From: TPA_inf: Saccharomyces | Taxonomy: Eukaryota | NCBI GenBank assembly: GCA_000146045.2 | Contig: BK006938.2 | Span: 960,001 to 1,024,000, forward strand | Length of the DNA: 64,000 bases | Reading direction: 5' to 3' | Shown: positions 33,953-45,674 of the stretch, piece by piece | Position numbering within the stretch: the first letter of the stretch is position 1 | How the letters are laid out: every line of letters starts with the position of its first letter | Notes under the pieces: model-generated | The model's input: the letters and a program-made list of their open reading frames with translations, nothing else | What the model was told of the DNA's origin: nothing | Databases searched by the model: none | Program-made: the position numbers and the translations under genes

Positions 33953-34241
33953 TTATGTGTTGCTTATGGTTTTGACTTCCTTGACCCCATACAAATTGCG
34001 TTCTTTATTTTTTTTGGTTATAATTTATTAATAATGGCGAGTAGGATCGGCCTATCTTTATGGAGTTTACAACATAATATATACATTGGTATCAATTTGT
34101 TTTATAGTTATATTTTCTCTAGTATGTGAACGATAATTTTGTTTTACGAATCCTTATATTAATGCTTAGCTGGGGCCGGTGGAATAAGAATACAACTATG
34201 AAAATATTACAACAATACCTTCGAACATATATATACACCAC

Positions 34242-35534
34242 TTAGAAAATTGATGGTACGGTGCCTGAGATCGCTGCTGGTGAGGTCATATAAATAGAGG
34301 ATGCGTTTTTGTTATCAAGAGAATTCTCCCTCTCCGATAACACGTCCTGCGTATCCACTAGCGGTTGCTCCACTTTCTTATTGAATGAGTTGGATTCACC
34401 CCCAAGTAGACCTACTTTAAACAGCTTTCTTGCTTTTAATTTTCTTTCTCTATTAATAAGTTTAGAAGCCATATCTACAGGGTGCAACTCCCCTTTTGCT
34501 ATCATTTCATGAACTTTGTGATCAATATTTTTAGTATTAATGACATCTTTTCGTACCCCTGATCCCCTTTCAACAACGGAACCAATACATTTCATAATTT
34601 TAATAATTTCAGCGTGGGAATTTGTGACTGCTTTAGGAATATTATTTAAAGTTGTAATCTGATTTGATAGAGGACAAAACACTCTTTGGTATTGAAACGC
34701 ATAATTGGCGAACTCAACCTGCTGCTTGAACGCCTTACTGAAACAAAGTTTTTCTGTCCGTTCTATTTGTATAAGGATGTCTTTCATTTCAGAATACCGT
34801 TTCACAATCTTCATAGCAGTGACTACACCCACTTTCCAAATTCCGCTAGTGTAATCACACCCTGCTAAACAAACTAGATTACGAAATTGTTGTTCACTTA
34901 ATTCTCCTAGAGGGAAATTTTCAGGTAAAGCTGAAAAATCGTCTTTTGAGATTTCTAAAGCTTTTCCCTGATCATTTAACTTTGTTATGAGTGTTTTACA
35001 ACCAAAGACCAACAAATCAGAATCTTCTGATATGATACCCTGTATAAGGCCCATTTTTTCCAAGTAAACCATTTGCGGATCTGCTTCAAATGGTGCAACA
35101 ATGTAGGGAATTGAATGTAGTTTGCAATAATCAATAATACATTTCGCCATTTCTGGTGTGATGTCAACACTTTTTTGAAAATATTCCATTGCATTATATC
35201 TGTTGCCGGCTGACCACAATTTCTTTGCAATCATTTCGTTTTCTAACCTTTTCTTTCTTCTTCTAGTTTCTGTATGATTTTTCACAAAAAGGGAATCACC
35301 ATCAAAAACTATATATGGCTTGATCTTAAGGCGTTTTAGGAGTTGCAGCCTTTTAATGAAAAATTGCAAGTATTTGTTTGTTGGCTTATTCATCACAAGT
35401 TCAAAAGCACACGCACAAGAAGCCCTGTGTAGCCACGCATAACCATCAATGGCTAATGTTTGATACATGTATTTTTTCAGGGACACCTGTTTTTGAATTC
35501 TCTTTAATTGAGGCAGTAAGCCAGGTATTCCCAT
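34242..35534 (-). CDS. DIN7: XPG/Rad2-family mitochondrial nuclease DIN7 (YDR263C), 430 aa
   Basis: MGIPGLLPQLK XPG-N start. XPG-I region with acidic catalytic residues. EXO1-like. 430 aa. Confidence 0.85.
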   Translation of the reverse strand: MGIPGLLPQLKRIQKQVSLKKYMYQTLAIDGYAWLHRASCACAFELVMNKPTNKYLQFFIKRLQLLKRLKIKPYIVFDGDSLFVKNHTETRRRKKRLENEMIAKKLWSAGNRYNAMEYFQKSVDITPEMAKCIIDYCKLHSIPYIVAPFEADPQMVYLEKMGLIQGIISEDSDLLVFGCKTLITKLNDQGKALEISKDDFSALPENFPLGELSEQQFRNLVCLAGCDYTSGIWKVGVVTAMKIVKRYSEMKDILIQIERTEKLCFSKAFKQQVEFANYAFQYQRVFCPLSNQITTLNNIPKAVTNSHAEIIKIMKCIGSVVERGSGVRKDVINTKNIDHKVHEMIAKGELHPVDMASKLINRERKLKARKLFKVGLLGGESNSFNKKVEQPLVDTQDVLSERENSLDNKNASSIYMTSPAAISGTVPSIF

Positions 35535-36028
35535 TCCTATCGAATAATAATGTTCTTGTTGTTAATTTTGATGATCGTTTTCTCTTACTCGCTAAACAAT
35601 ATCTCTTTCCATATTAAGCCCATAAATATGATTACTTTTCTCGAATTACCACGAACGACATAGAGTGCCACATATCCCTTTTGTGCAACTATTATCCTTT
35701 AACGTGTCACGGAACGCGTCAAAATGGTAATATGTAAACAAAGGAAAGTGAAATCAAAACAAAACTAGGGCAGCTTCCAGTAATTTCCCAAAACAAACAT
35801 ATGTATATTATATATATATGTGCTTTGAAATGAATGTTACAAATGTGGCTATCTTCATTTTTTCAGCTAAACATTTATTAACCACCTCATGAGCTTTCCT
35901 AATAGTCCTTGATTCAGCCAATCACTTATAAGAAGCACTGCAGCTTGAGGCATAAACTTTTCTATACTCACAGTTGTTTGATAAAAGGCTAAAATATACA
36001 GTTTCTCCTAATGAAAACAACAAAATTT

Positions 36029-38323
36029 TCATACCATATCATTTCCTTGTTCAACATCCTTATTTGGCAATTTGTAAAGCTTAAAATAGTCAACTTCTAT
36101 CCCGTTGAGCAAAGCTTTAGAGCCCGAAGGAGGATACAAAATTCGCCTCCACAAAGGCGCATTTATATCGCTTGTAAGCCAAAAGTCTTTAACATTTCTT
36201 TTCCAACCGTAATTTGTTGGTATTCTTGATGTAATCGAATACACATTATGTCCGGTGCTATCCTTGATGCCAATGGTTTCTTTTATAACCGCTAACCACT
36301 GATCCATACCAGTCACCGCGTAACAAACGCCAAAACAAGTGCGTGGTTTCCTTATCGTTGAGCCTGGGACTGGTGCTAGTACAGTATCATTACTCTCCTC
36401 ACCCGGATCAATCGACGGCGCAAATCCTTCTGGAGTAGTATTGAAGTTTTCATTGAAAGATAACCCATCGGGGCCAATGGACTTACTCTCTTTCATCAAA
36501 ACATTGAATTCTGTATTGGTCATTCCTTTACATATTTGAAAGGCTTGGACGAAGATCAAACTTGCAACCCAAATAGATTGGAGTAAAGCCCATAATAATA
36601 TCAGAAAGACAAATCTATCATATATTAATCCCGAACAGAGATCTGAAGCGCCTAGGATGAAACATTTGCCATTTTTCTGGGATGTATCTTCGTGTGCATC
36701 TTCAAGTTCATCAAAATATTCCAGGCAAAGTGCAAGAAATGTGAAAATACCACTTTCCATTAATGTAATAAAAAATATAAATGCTTTGTGATTTTTGAGT
36801 CCGACATCATTAAAGATCCAAGGGCAGTAATGATCAAATCTTGCAACCACAGCATTGTTTAAGGGCGAAAATTTGCTTCTTAGAGGTTTTCTAATCCAAG
36901 TTTCGATACAAAAGTTCTTCGTATCAAATTTACCGATTTCGAGCAAGTTCGAGATTGTTTGTCGCACGTTCTCATGATCAGTTTCTTCTGGCAAACATCC
37001 TGGGTCCATAATAACAAGCTGCCCAAAAAGGTAAAATACAGAAACAAGTATTACCAGCATTAGGATGTTAGTATATTGTTCATCAGAAAATGTTCGAGGC
37101 ATAACTTTGAAAAACCAAACGATAGTCACCCAAAGTAAAGTGCCAAAAAAAACACCGGATAACAAAGGTGACCTTAACAAGGTAACGTTGTGGACACCCA
37201 TTCGTCCATATGACGGCAGAACGAATTTGTTCAAGCCTTTGTTAGTGGCAATGGCCAATAAAAAAAGGACAATGATTACAAACAAAGGGTTAATATGAGA
37301 GAAAAGAGCAAATGCGATTCCTAGAAATAGAAATGGCGTTATGAATGTAACGAGCTTAGCATGTTGACTTTTTTTGAACCATTTTTTAATGGGATAACCA
37401 TGGTAGTCGAATCCAGAATGTGTTAGAGCCTCTCTAAGTGAGTACACAGTGTTCATTTCTTGAGCAATAGCAAAGCAATCTTTTCCGGTATCCGTTTTTT
37501 GGAAAAAATCTGCACCATCTTGAATCAAGTATTTTAGTACATGTGGTTGCCCTTTTACAGTGCCCCAGTGCAGTGGGGTGAATCCTTCTGTATCTGCGAT
37601 CTTTATGCTGGCACCAAATTTCAACAATTCTGCTACAGTTAGGGAATCTCCCTGGTAAGCAGCCCATAGTAGTGAAGTTCTGCCCTTTGGGTCTCGGCAA
37701 TCTATATCTAAAAGACCTTTGCTGACAACGTTGAATAAAACGTATAGAACTAGCATTATATTTGAGCTGTTCACAGATAAGTGTAGTAGATTGAAACCTT
37801 GGTCATCGGTCATGGTGGGATCAGCTCCATGCTTAAGCAAAAAATCGACAATGTACACGTACCCATACCTTGCAGCCCAATGTAATGGTGTGGCATGCAA
37901 AGCACCAGCCCTTGCATTGACATCAGCGCCTTGTGAAACTAGAAAATCCACTACAGAAAGTCTGTTATTAATACTTGCCCAATGCAAACCAGTGATATGT
38001 TCCGTAGAGTCACCGTCGTTATTAACTTCGAGCAACTTTCCATGTATCATTTCTTTGACAGTCGCTAGATCACCTCTTTGGCAAGCGGTATGGTAGCGAG
38101 TTAACAGAGGATCTTCTTCGGCCTCATCATTATGATTCACCTGCTCGTTCCCGCTTTCCTCTTCATTTCCTGATCGGATAGCCTTTAATGATGCCAACGA
38201 AGTAATTTCGTTAGAATCACCCAGACTAATATCTTCCTGTGAGTCGTTATTGCTAGGATCAACCGTTTGCTCTTCATTCGTCAAGGTCGACGCCCGTGGC
38301 ACATTCTCTAATTCGTTCACCAT
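36029..38323 (-). CDS. AKR1: Ankyrin-repeat palmitoyltransferase AKR1 (YDR264C), 764 aa
   Basis: N-terminal ankyrin repeats. Several TM helices. DHHC-CRD with the DHYC variant ([14 protein letters not shown]). The track ORF starts at a TTG one codon upstream of the ATG. Confidence 0.9.
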
Positions 38324-38863
38324 CAATTAGCTACTCTGAACAAAGAAGTGTTTTTTTATCTAGACGAAACGGAAATGATATATTCTACTTCGTGGTTTGT
38401 AATCTACTAATCGACCGTATATATTCCTCGCTTGCACTTGTGTCTGTACATTACTTCGTTTTATAGATCGTTCAATATGAGGGTGTAATAAGAAAGTACG
38501 AAACAATGGGCTGGCTTTATCACCCGGAGTGTAGGGTACGGATGTTTGTGATCAGAGTAACCCAATGCTAAAAGTCGTTCGGAGGAATAAGCAGCAAAAC
38601 GTGAATTGATAATATTATAGGAGCCAAAGTTCTAACAATGATAACGTCTCAACAGCTACATGAGCTGTCCATATGTGCATCTTCTTGCAAGTAATCAGCC
38701 GGTTTTATCACAATTTTTACCCACCGTGATAATCTGAGAGGGCGAAGTAGGTATTAGCCGTTTACATTAGAAAAATAAGGTAGTGGTAATAAAGCACACT
38801 ACACATCGAAGAAAGAAACAGACACTACTACATCGGTGGGGGGTCATACAATAGAGGACCAAA

Positions 38864-39877
38864 ATGAAGAATGATAATAAGTTGCAAAAGGAAGCACTTA
38901 TGCGACTATCGCAGCTAAGATTTCCATTTGCCGATGCTCCAAGTATAGTACAAGCGCATCAAAAAGATGAACAAATCCAGGGCCTTTTGATTATGAAAGT
39001 GACTGAATTGTGCAAATTGATAAAGAGTCAATTGTTTGTTAACTCTTACCCTAAGGAACTGTCCATATTTGCCAAGCTCCTGTATTTGCTCTTTACTACA
39101 GGAAGACGTGGTAGAACGTTAGGTGAGGAATATGTTGACTTGACATACACTAATAGGAAGGGTACCAGACTTGCAGGACGGCTCAAAATGATTGTATTCG
39201 CTTTCGCTTATCCTTTATGTCCATATTTCATCACCAAACTATACAAGAAAATAATGAAGAACAACAAGGAAAGTAAAATTGAAGATACTGAAAGTGTTGC
39301 CGCGTTTTGTAAGGGCCTTTTAGATTTCATTTTAGACGTACACATGACCCTCTTTTATTTCAAAGGAGCTTTTTACAGTATTTCCAAAAGGATTTTTGGT
39401 ATGAGATATGTTTTTAAACATATATTGTCAAAAAATGAGGCCAATTTTAGAGAAGAGGGCTCACAAAAGTACAAAGTATTAGGTTATATCCTATTAGCTC
39501 AAAATGTTATGAAATGGTACCCTGTCCTAACCTCTACGCTCGGGTCCTGGATTTATGGGAGAAAAAGGACCAATGATTCAATTACTAGGTCGTCTGTTGG
39601 TCTACAGGAGCGTTCAGAACATGAATCTATAGAAGGCATACCGAAGGAATCGCAGCTGACTCATATAAATTTGTCAGATAAAAACCAATTGCCATTTATT
39701 CCAGAAGCCTCGAGAAAATGCATCCTATGTCTCATGAACATGAGTGATCCTAGCTGCGCGCCATGTGGACATCTATTTTGTTGGAGTTGTCTTATGAGCT
39801 GGTGTAAAGAGAGGCCAGAATGCCCCTTGTGCAGACAACACTGTCAACCACAGGAAATTCTGGTCCTGCGGCAATAG
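38864..39877 (+). CDS. PEX10: Peroxisomal RING E3 PEX10 (YDR265W), 337 aa
   Basis: C-terminal C3HC4 RING (CILCLMNMSDPSCAPCGHLFCWSCLMSWCKERPECPLCR). 337 aa. Confidence 0.88.
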   Translation: MKNDNKLQKEALMRLSQLRFPFADAPSIVQAHQKDEQIQGLLIMKVTELCKLIKSQLFVNSYPKELSIFAKLLYLLFTTGRRGRTLGEEYVDLTYTNRKGTRLAGRLKMIVFAFAYPLCPYFITKLYKKIMKNNKESKIEDTESVAAFCKGLLDFILDVHMTLFYFKGAFYSISKRIFGMRYVFKHILSKNEANFREEGSQKYKVLGYILLAQNVMKWYPVLTSTLGSWIYGRKRTNDSITRSSVGLQERSEHESIEGIPKESQLTHINLSDKNQLPFIPEASRKCILCLMNMSDPSCAPCGHLFCWSCLMSWCKERPECPLCRQHCQPQEILVLRQ

Positions 39878-40103
39878 AGGAACTAATCAATAATTTGACT
39901 ACTCTTTTAGCATTGTCCACAGGCCTTTTTCAGAAATAACGCAGACGTCTGAGCAGGAGAAGTAAAACGCGAAGGGGAAATAATGCTTTTTAGTCTTGTA
40001 ATTATATTAATTAATTAAATAAGTTTTTCTTTATCGGAATTTTATTTAAGACTTTCATTTCTCTAATGCTATTGTCAGTTACAGGTTAGAAATATATTTC
40101 CAA

Positions 40104-42023
40104 CTATACACCAATGTGGAATAACAGCTGCTTTTGTTTGCCTTTCTTTTTATTTCCTCCACTAGTTGTGTTCAATTCCCTCAAATTATCGTGCACGTTA
40201 GTATCTTGTGTGCTTGACTTTTTACCCCACTGCTTAGGATCAGCAATTTGGGGTCTGTTCAGACCTGGAATTTGCACCTTTGGCTTTGGTGGAGGTAGTT
40301 GAGGTAGGTTGAGACTTTTCAATTTATCTTTGCTATTATTTAGAGAAGTAGAAGAGGAACCCTTTTTACTTTCCAAATAGGTTGGAGAGAAGGCGACTGT
40401 ATTAGTGGAAGTTCGATAACTAACTGATTGAGGTGTAGTTCTTTTAATGTTTTGCACGGGTCTCAGAGTGTTTTTTTTTACGGTGGTTGCAAAGGGATCA
40501 TACGACGCTGAAGGACTTTTCAGGGTTGGAAGATTTTTGATATTCCTAACGCCTAATGCTGCACCAGCGCTGCCCCCATCGTTTGTTCCACCCCAATGGC
40601 CCCTGCCTATTGACATTGAAAGGGAAGAATCACTAGATAAAGAAGGTAGTGAAGTTTGTCGTGCAAGGGTTTGCTCTCTTTGTTCATATATGGCGTTCAG
40701 ATTATTGTATTTGGAGGAGTTTTTGGGAAAGGTTTCAGCTAAGTTATGAATCAATAAATATACATCCGCATTTGGTTTTGTGAATAACAATTTATATGAT
40801 TCCAATAATTTTTCAGCACTTAAGCGACCTTTAGAATAATCTTCGTTATAAGAAGAAAACTTATTGAAGTCTTCTTTGGAATTTTCCAGATAGTATTTTG
40901 CTCTTTCTGCCAATCTTAGTCTACTTTCCTCGGGAGAACTAGCAGATCTCACATCAGTTCTAGAGCCGGATGATGAACCCGGTAGGGAAGATATAGATGG
41001 AAGGTCGTAATCATCTCTTTCCCTGATCACTCTAGATGGAGCCGAGATAAAAGTAGAAAGTTCTGACTGGAAAAACTTTGGCTTTCCCTTCAGGATATTA
41101 CCATGCTCCTGCAAAATGTGGGCTTGTAACTCCAACTCGTCTTTAAATACGACAAACTTGTTATCTAAGCAAGTTTGGACGGTGCAAACGTAATGCGAAT
41201 GTTTAAAGTGGTCAAAAAGCTGATTATAATCCTTAAAGTATTGAGGAGAAGCGGGGTTCATCTTATCACAAATATGGCACTTTTCATGCTGATTTCTCAT
41301 GTGAATGTACAATTCGTCGTCTGAATAAAATCGTTTTCCGGAACAGAAGGCACACATAGGGTGGCCTTTGAATCCTTCTGAATTACCCTTAGTTTGATGG
41401 TTGCGTAATTGATTTTGGGTGAATATTTCAAGCTCACAAGGGAATGCATGCTTATGGGTTGCACATATTAAACAGATCATTCTGTTATGTTCAGATTTCA
41501 AGTGTTCATTATATTTCTTGAAACTACCAAAGTCACAAACTTGTTCATCCTTCGATAGGGGACAAAAAAATTTTAAAAGATTTAGTGTTTCGGTAGCAAC
41601 CTCTTCGCTAGTGAAATTTATTCCATATTTTTCATTTTTTTCGCAAAAGTTATATTTATCTGAAATATCACCATCTATGCGATCGGTAAACATGACTTCT
41701 TCATTCTCCGTTCTGCAAATCAAACAGCTTTTCTTGTTGTACAAAGCTCGTTGTCTGAAACCACAGATATGGCATGTCTTATGATGGCATGGTGTTAGAG
41801 ATACGTATGTTAACTTGCGCGCACAAATTACACATAATTCATTTTCTTCATCAGTATCATCTGCGCTTGAAGTGGTGAGGTTGGGTTCAGCAGAAAGGTT
41901 ATTTTTCTTTTGCTTTCTTCTGAAATTCTTCCTGTCGTTGTGAGGTTTTGTATTATTTTGGGGCCCTTGAGTACGACGGAAGTTACGTGTCGGAGTAACG
42001 TTTTCTTTCACTGATTCGCTCAT
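40104..42023 (-). CDS. HEL2: RING E3 ubiquitin ligase HEL2 (YDR266C), 639 aa
   Basis: N-terminal RING (CVICARKL...CHHKTCHICGFR). Several C2H2-like zinc-finger segments. S-rich tail. 639 aa. Confidence 0.85.
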   Translation of the reverse strand: MSESVKENVTPTRNFRRTQGPQNNTKPHNDRKNFRRKQKKNNLSAEPNLTTSSADDTDEENELCVICARKLTYVSLTPCHHKTCHICGFRQRALYNKKSCLICRTENEEVMFTDRIDGDISDKYNFCEKNEKYGINFTSEEVATETLNLLKFFCPLSKDEQVCDFGSFKKYNEHLKSEHNRMICLICATHKHAFPCELEIFTQNQLRNHQTKGNSEGFKGHPMCAFCSGKRFYSDDELYIHMRNQHEKCHICDKMNPASPQYFKDYNQLFDHFKHSHYVCTVQTCLDNKFVVFKDELELQAHILQEHGNILKGKPKFFQSELSTFISAPSRVIRERDDYDLPSISSLPGSSSGSRTDVRSASSPEESRLRLAERAKYYLENSKEDFNKFSSYNEDYSKGRLSAEKLLESYKLLFTKPNADVYLLIHNLAETFPKNSSKYNNLNAIYEQREQTLARQTSLPSLSSDSSLSMSIGRGHWGGTNDGGSAGAALGVRNIKNLPTLKSPSASYDPFATTVKKNTLRPVQNIKRTTPQSVSYRTSTNTVAFSPTYLESKKGSSSTSLNNSKDKLKSLNLPQLPPPKPKVQIPGLNRPQIADPKQWGKKSSTQDTNVHDNLRELNTTSGGNKKKGKQKQLLFHIGV

Positions 42024-42509
42024 CCTAATTCTTGAAAAGAAGTATAGCCACTATTTTTTCGACGAAAGAGACTGTATCAAAATGCACTTTATGGATCTTT
42101 TTCAGCTAGGTATGCGCTCGACGATTTGTTGAATATGGCTGAGTGGGCAGTCGTTCAGATGCCCTTTTCAAAATCTTAAGAGAAAATCAGAAAATATAGC
42201 TATTATTAAGAGTGACCGCGAGTATGAAACTTTCAGTGTAACCTTTCTTTATTCGAGATAATGCTTAATTACAAGTCTTCCGAATATCTAATTTTTTTTT
42301 TTTTCATTTTTAAATTTCAGTTTTTACCGCATGCTTTTAATGCAGGGATATGTATAACGAGGTCACTCCGTCACACATGACAGAATTGCGTTATAGTGAT
42401 ACAAAGGTTTATGTAACTAGGTAGAAAAATCGTCATTAAGTTTATTTTTAGAATTCAGATCGATCACTGTGTTAATATGAGTTCCTGAATTGTACTCTTG
42501 CTTCTACAT

Positions 42510-43502
42510 CTACGCTGCTTTTTCTAGAGACCAGAAATTTACGATCCCGTCGTCACCGCCTGTTGCAAGTATAGTTTTACCATTTAACTCCAACCACTTC
42601 ACAACGTTGATTTCATAAACTCCATGACATAATGCACGTTTAGCAAAAACTTTCCATTCTCCGTCTACTTCTTCATAGACCGCTAGTACTCCATCCGCTC
42701 CTACACTAGCAATGAGGCCATTAAAGCCCCATGCAACATTGTATACCTGTCTTTTGTGTACATCCGGGAGAATAGCTTCACAAACCCATTCTTGTTGATC
42801 ATCCTCGTCGTCACCCATGTATTTCCATACCCGTACAGTGGAATCGTCGCTTCCACTGCACAGTCTAAACACGCCCTCAGTCTTGTCAAAATCAGAAGAC
42901 CAAACAGTTCCTTCATGGCCATTTAAGACAGCAACACATTCCCAGTCATCGTCATAGTCTTTCCATATCCTGACGGTGTCATCATAAGAACTTGAAGCCA
43001 GTAATGCTTCAGATGGATGCCATATAACATGTTTAACGTCTTGTGAATGTTCTTGCAAAACACTAATACACTCATATTCCTCGCCACTTTCATCTGTTTC
43101 CCATATCCACACGCTTTTATCTCTGGAACAGGTTGCTAGGTAATATCCATCATTCGACCACGCTACACCTTTTACTTCATTTTCGTGACCTTCGATAATA
43201 GCTAGCAGGTCCATCTCGAAAGTTCTGTCAGCAGATTCTTCCTTAGCCCAGATAGATACAGTGGAATCAAAAGAGCCAGCCGCTAACAGCGAAGTGTGAG
43301 GTCTCCACGCCACAGATCGAATCGCCTTTTTATGAGCAGTCTCATCTAGCACATCAATTAACGTAAAATCGTCATATTTCACGCTAACTAGCTTAATTTT
43401 TCGATCAGTTGAACCTGTTGCTAATATACCTTGAGAAAAGTCAAAAGACCATATCTTTTCCTTGTAAAGTTTCAAAGACTTAATCAGATTGATAGACGCC
43501 AT
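42510..43502 (-). CDS. CIA1: WD40 cytosolic Fe-S assembly factor CIA1 (YDR267C), 330 aa
   Basis: Seven WD40 repeats (several GH...WD units). The first ATG gives MASINLIKSL..., 330 aa; the track start is a TTG two codons upstream. Confidence 0.85.
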   Translation of the reverse strand: MASINLIKSLKLYKEKIWSFDFSQGILATGSTDRKIKLVSVKYDDFTLIDVLDETAHKKAIRSVAWRPHTSLLAAGSFDSTVSIWAKEESADRTFEMDLLAIIEGHENEVKGVAWSNDGYYLATCSRDKSVWIWETDESGEEYECISVLQEHSQDVKHVIWHPSEALLASSSYDDTVRIWKDYDDDWECVAVLNGHEGTVWSSDFDKTEGVFRLCSGSDDSTVRVWKYMGDDEDDQQEWVCEAILPDVHKRQVYNVAWGFNGLIASVGADGVLAVYEEVDGEWKVFAKRALCHGVYEINVVKWLELNGKTILATGGDDGIVNFWSLEKAA

Positions 43503-44003
43503 TACCAAATAAGTAAACCAATTGAACTATTAAAATGTCGTGGTATAGCCCGATTTTGATTTGTGATATCTACAAATCTAGTATTTATTCGCAATTAATG
43601 AGGCAAAGACGATACAATATTCGATGTGAGATTTTTCAAAACACGGCCCGCTGAGAGCAGAAAGTTTTAGATGACCTATTTGAAGGCAATCACGATGGTA
43701 TTTTTCAAGAAAATAAATAGTAGTAACACTGCTATGCACATCAGAGTCAGATTCCTTAAATTCAAACGTTTCTACAATTAGTATGACCTTTTCTTGAAGA
43801 TCTTTTTCTCCTTATAAAGGCAACACAAAACAAGATAGAAGTGCAAAGGTATTTTTTGTTTTTCACGTGATAAAATCGGCTTCGAGAAAGTAGAAAAGGG
43901 TATTATGATTTATTACAGGCTACCTGCACCATCTCAAAGGTTTTACGTTACTAAGGAGTGAATCAGGTTTTGATAAATATTTACACTATCTTTTACAAGG
44001 AAG

Positions 44004-45143
44004 ATGTCGAATAAGCAGGCGGTTCTGAAGTTAATCAGTAAAAGGTGGATAAGCACAGTGCAACGTGCCGATTTTAAGCTGAATTCCGAAGCGCTTCATA
44101 GTAATGCTACGGTATTTAGTATGATTCAGCCAACTGGGTGTTTCCACCTTGGTAATTATCTAGGTGCTACACGTGTTTGGACAGACTTATGTGAATTAAA
44201 ACAACCTGGCCAGGAATTGATATTTGGAGTTGCTGATTTACACGCTATCACTGTTCCAAAGCCAGATGGAGAAATGTTTAGAAAATTTCGCCATGAGGCA
44301 GTAGCAAGTATACTGGCTGTCGGTGTAGATCCAGAAAAGGCTTCGGTGATCTACCAATCCGCCATCCCTCAACACAGTGAATTACACTGGTTGCTTTCTA
44401 CTCTTGCCTCGATGGGATTACTTAACCGCATGACGCAATGGAAATCAAAATCGAATATCAAACAATCAACTAATGGGGATTATCTGGTTAACGATTCTGA
44501 CGTGGGAAAAGTTAGACTGGGCTTATTTTCGTATCCTGTTTTACAGGCAGCGGATATTCTACTTTATAAATCTACACACGTTCCTGTTGGCGATGATCAA
44601 TCGCAGCATTTGGAACTAACAAGACACCTTGCTGAAAAGTTTAACAAAATGTACAAGAAAAATTTTTTTCCTAAACCTGTAACTATGTTGGCACAAACGA
44701 AAAAAGTTTTGAGCTTAAGCACGCCTGAAAAGAAAATGTCCAAGAGTGATCCGAATCACGACTCTGTAATTTTTTTGAATGATGAGCCTAAGGCAATTCA
44801 GAAAAAGATTAGAAAAGCTTTAACAGATTCCATTTCTGATAGGTTCTACTACGACCCTGTAGAAAGACCAGGCGTATCGAATTTAATTAACATTGTCAGT
44901 GGCATTCAAAGAAAATCGATTGAAGATGTCGTAGAAGATGTATCTCGTTTCAATAACTATAGGGATTTCAAAGATTATGTTTCAGAAGTGATAATTGAGG
45001 AATTGAAAGGCCCAAGAACAGAATTTGAGAAATATATCAACGAACCGACCTATTTGCATAGTGTCGTTGAATCTGGCATGCGCAAAGCGAGAGAAAAAGC
45101 AGCAAAAAACCTGGCCGACATTCATAAAATAATGGGCTTCTGA
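44004..45143 (+). CDS. MSW1: Mitochondrial tryptophanyl-tRNA synthetase MSW1 (YDR268W), 379 aa
   Basis: Class I aaRS. HIGH-like FHLGNYLG and KMSKS (EKKMSKSD). Bacterial-type TrpRS core. N-terminal presequence. Confidence 0.88.
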   Translation: MSNKQAVLKLISKRWISTVQRADFKLNSEALHSNATVFSMIQPTGCFHLGNYLGATRVWTDLCELKQPGQELIFGVADLHAITVPKPDGEMFRKFRHEAVASILAVGVDPEKASVIYQSAIPQHSELHWLLSTLASMGLLNRMTQWKSKSNIKQSTNGDYLVNDSDVGKVRLGLFSYPVLQAADILLYKSTHVPVGDDQSQHLELTRHLAEKFNKMYKKNFFPKPVTMLAQTKKVLSLSTPEKKMSKSDPNHDSVIFLNDEPKAIQKKIRKALTDSISDRFYYDPVERPGVSNLINIVSGIQRKSIEDVVEDVSRFNNYRDFKDYVSEVIIEELKGPRTEFEKYINEPTYLHSVVESGMRKAREKAAKNLADIHKIMGF

Positions 45144-45674
45144 CTGTCCCCGGCTTTAGGCTGCTGCAAACGCAATGTAAATAATAATACAGTTTAACTT
45201 GTACGTATCTTTGTTATTTCAGAATATGCAAGATTCCTCACTCGGCAGATCTCATCAATAAACGTTAGTATCTTGAAAAATACGCAGATGTTGGTACAGT
45301 CTCTTGCAGAGGGCCAGCACCGTTAGAATGTTGTGTTGCCACCGTCTGGCTCGAAAACAGGTCGATCTGTGTAAGTATTGTCCTGGGTGCAGTTATTTGT
45401 AGTAGCGATTTTCGCGGGCAGTGGAAAAGAACGGGTGCAGTGCGGCGATGAGTGCAATTAGCTGCCGAAGGGTTTGCACCGGTGATTCCGAGACCTTTTG
45501 CACACACTTGTATATATTTAGGGAAGTCACGGTAACTAATGGATTTCTTCTCAAATTTGAGACATATGGATTAGACTTTAATTCTGCCTGGTACTAAGCT
45601 ACTTTTCAAAGGTATTTGAGATATTTCGTAAATTTTGCGGCCAAGGAGTTGAGGTGTTTAATACTTAAAACGAA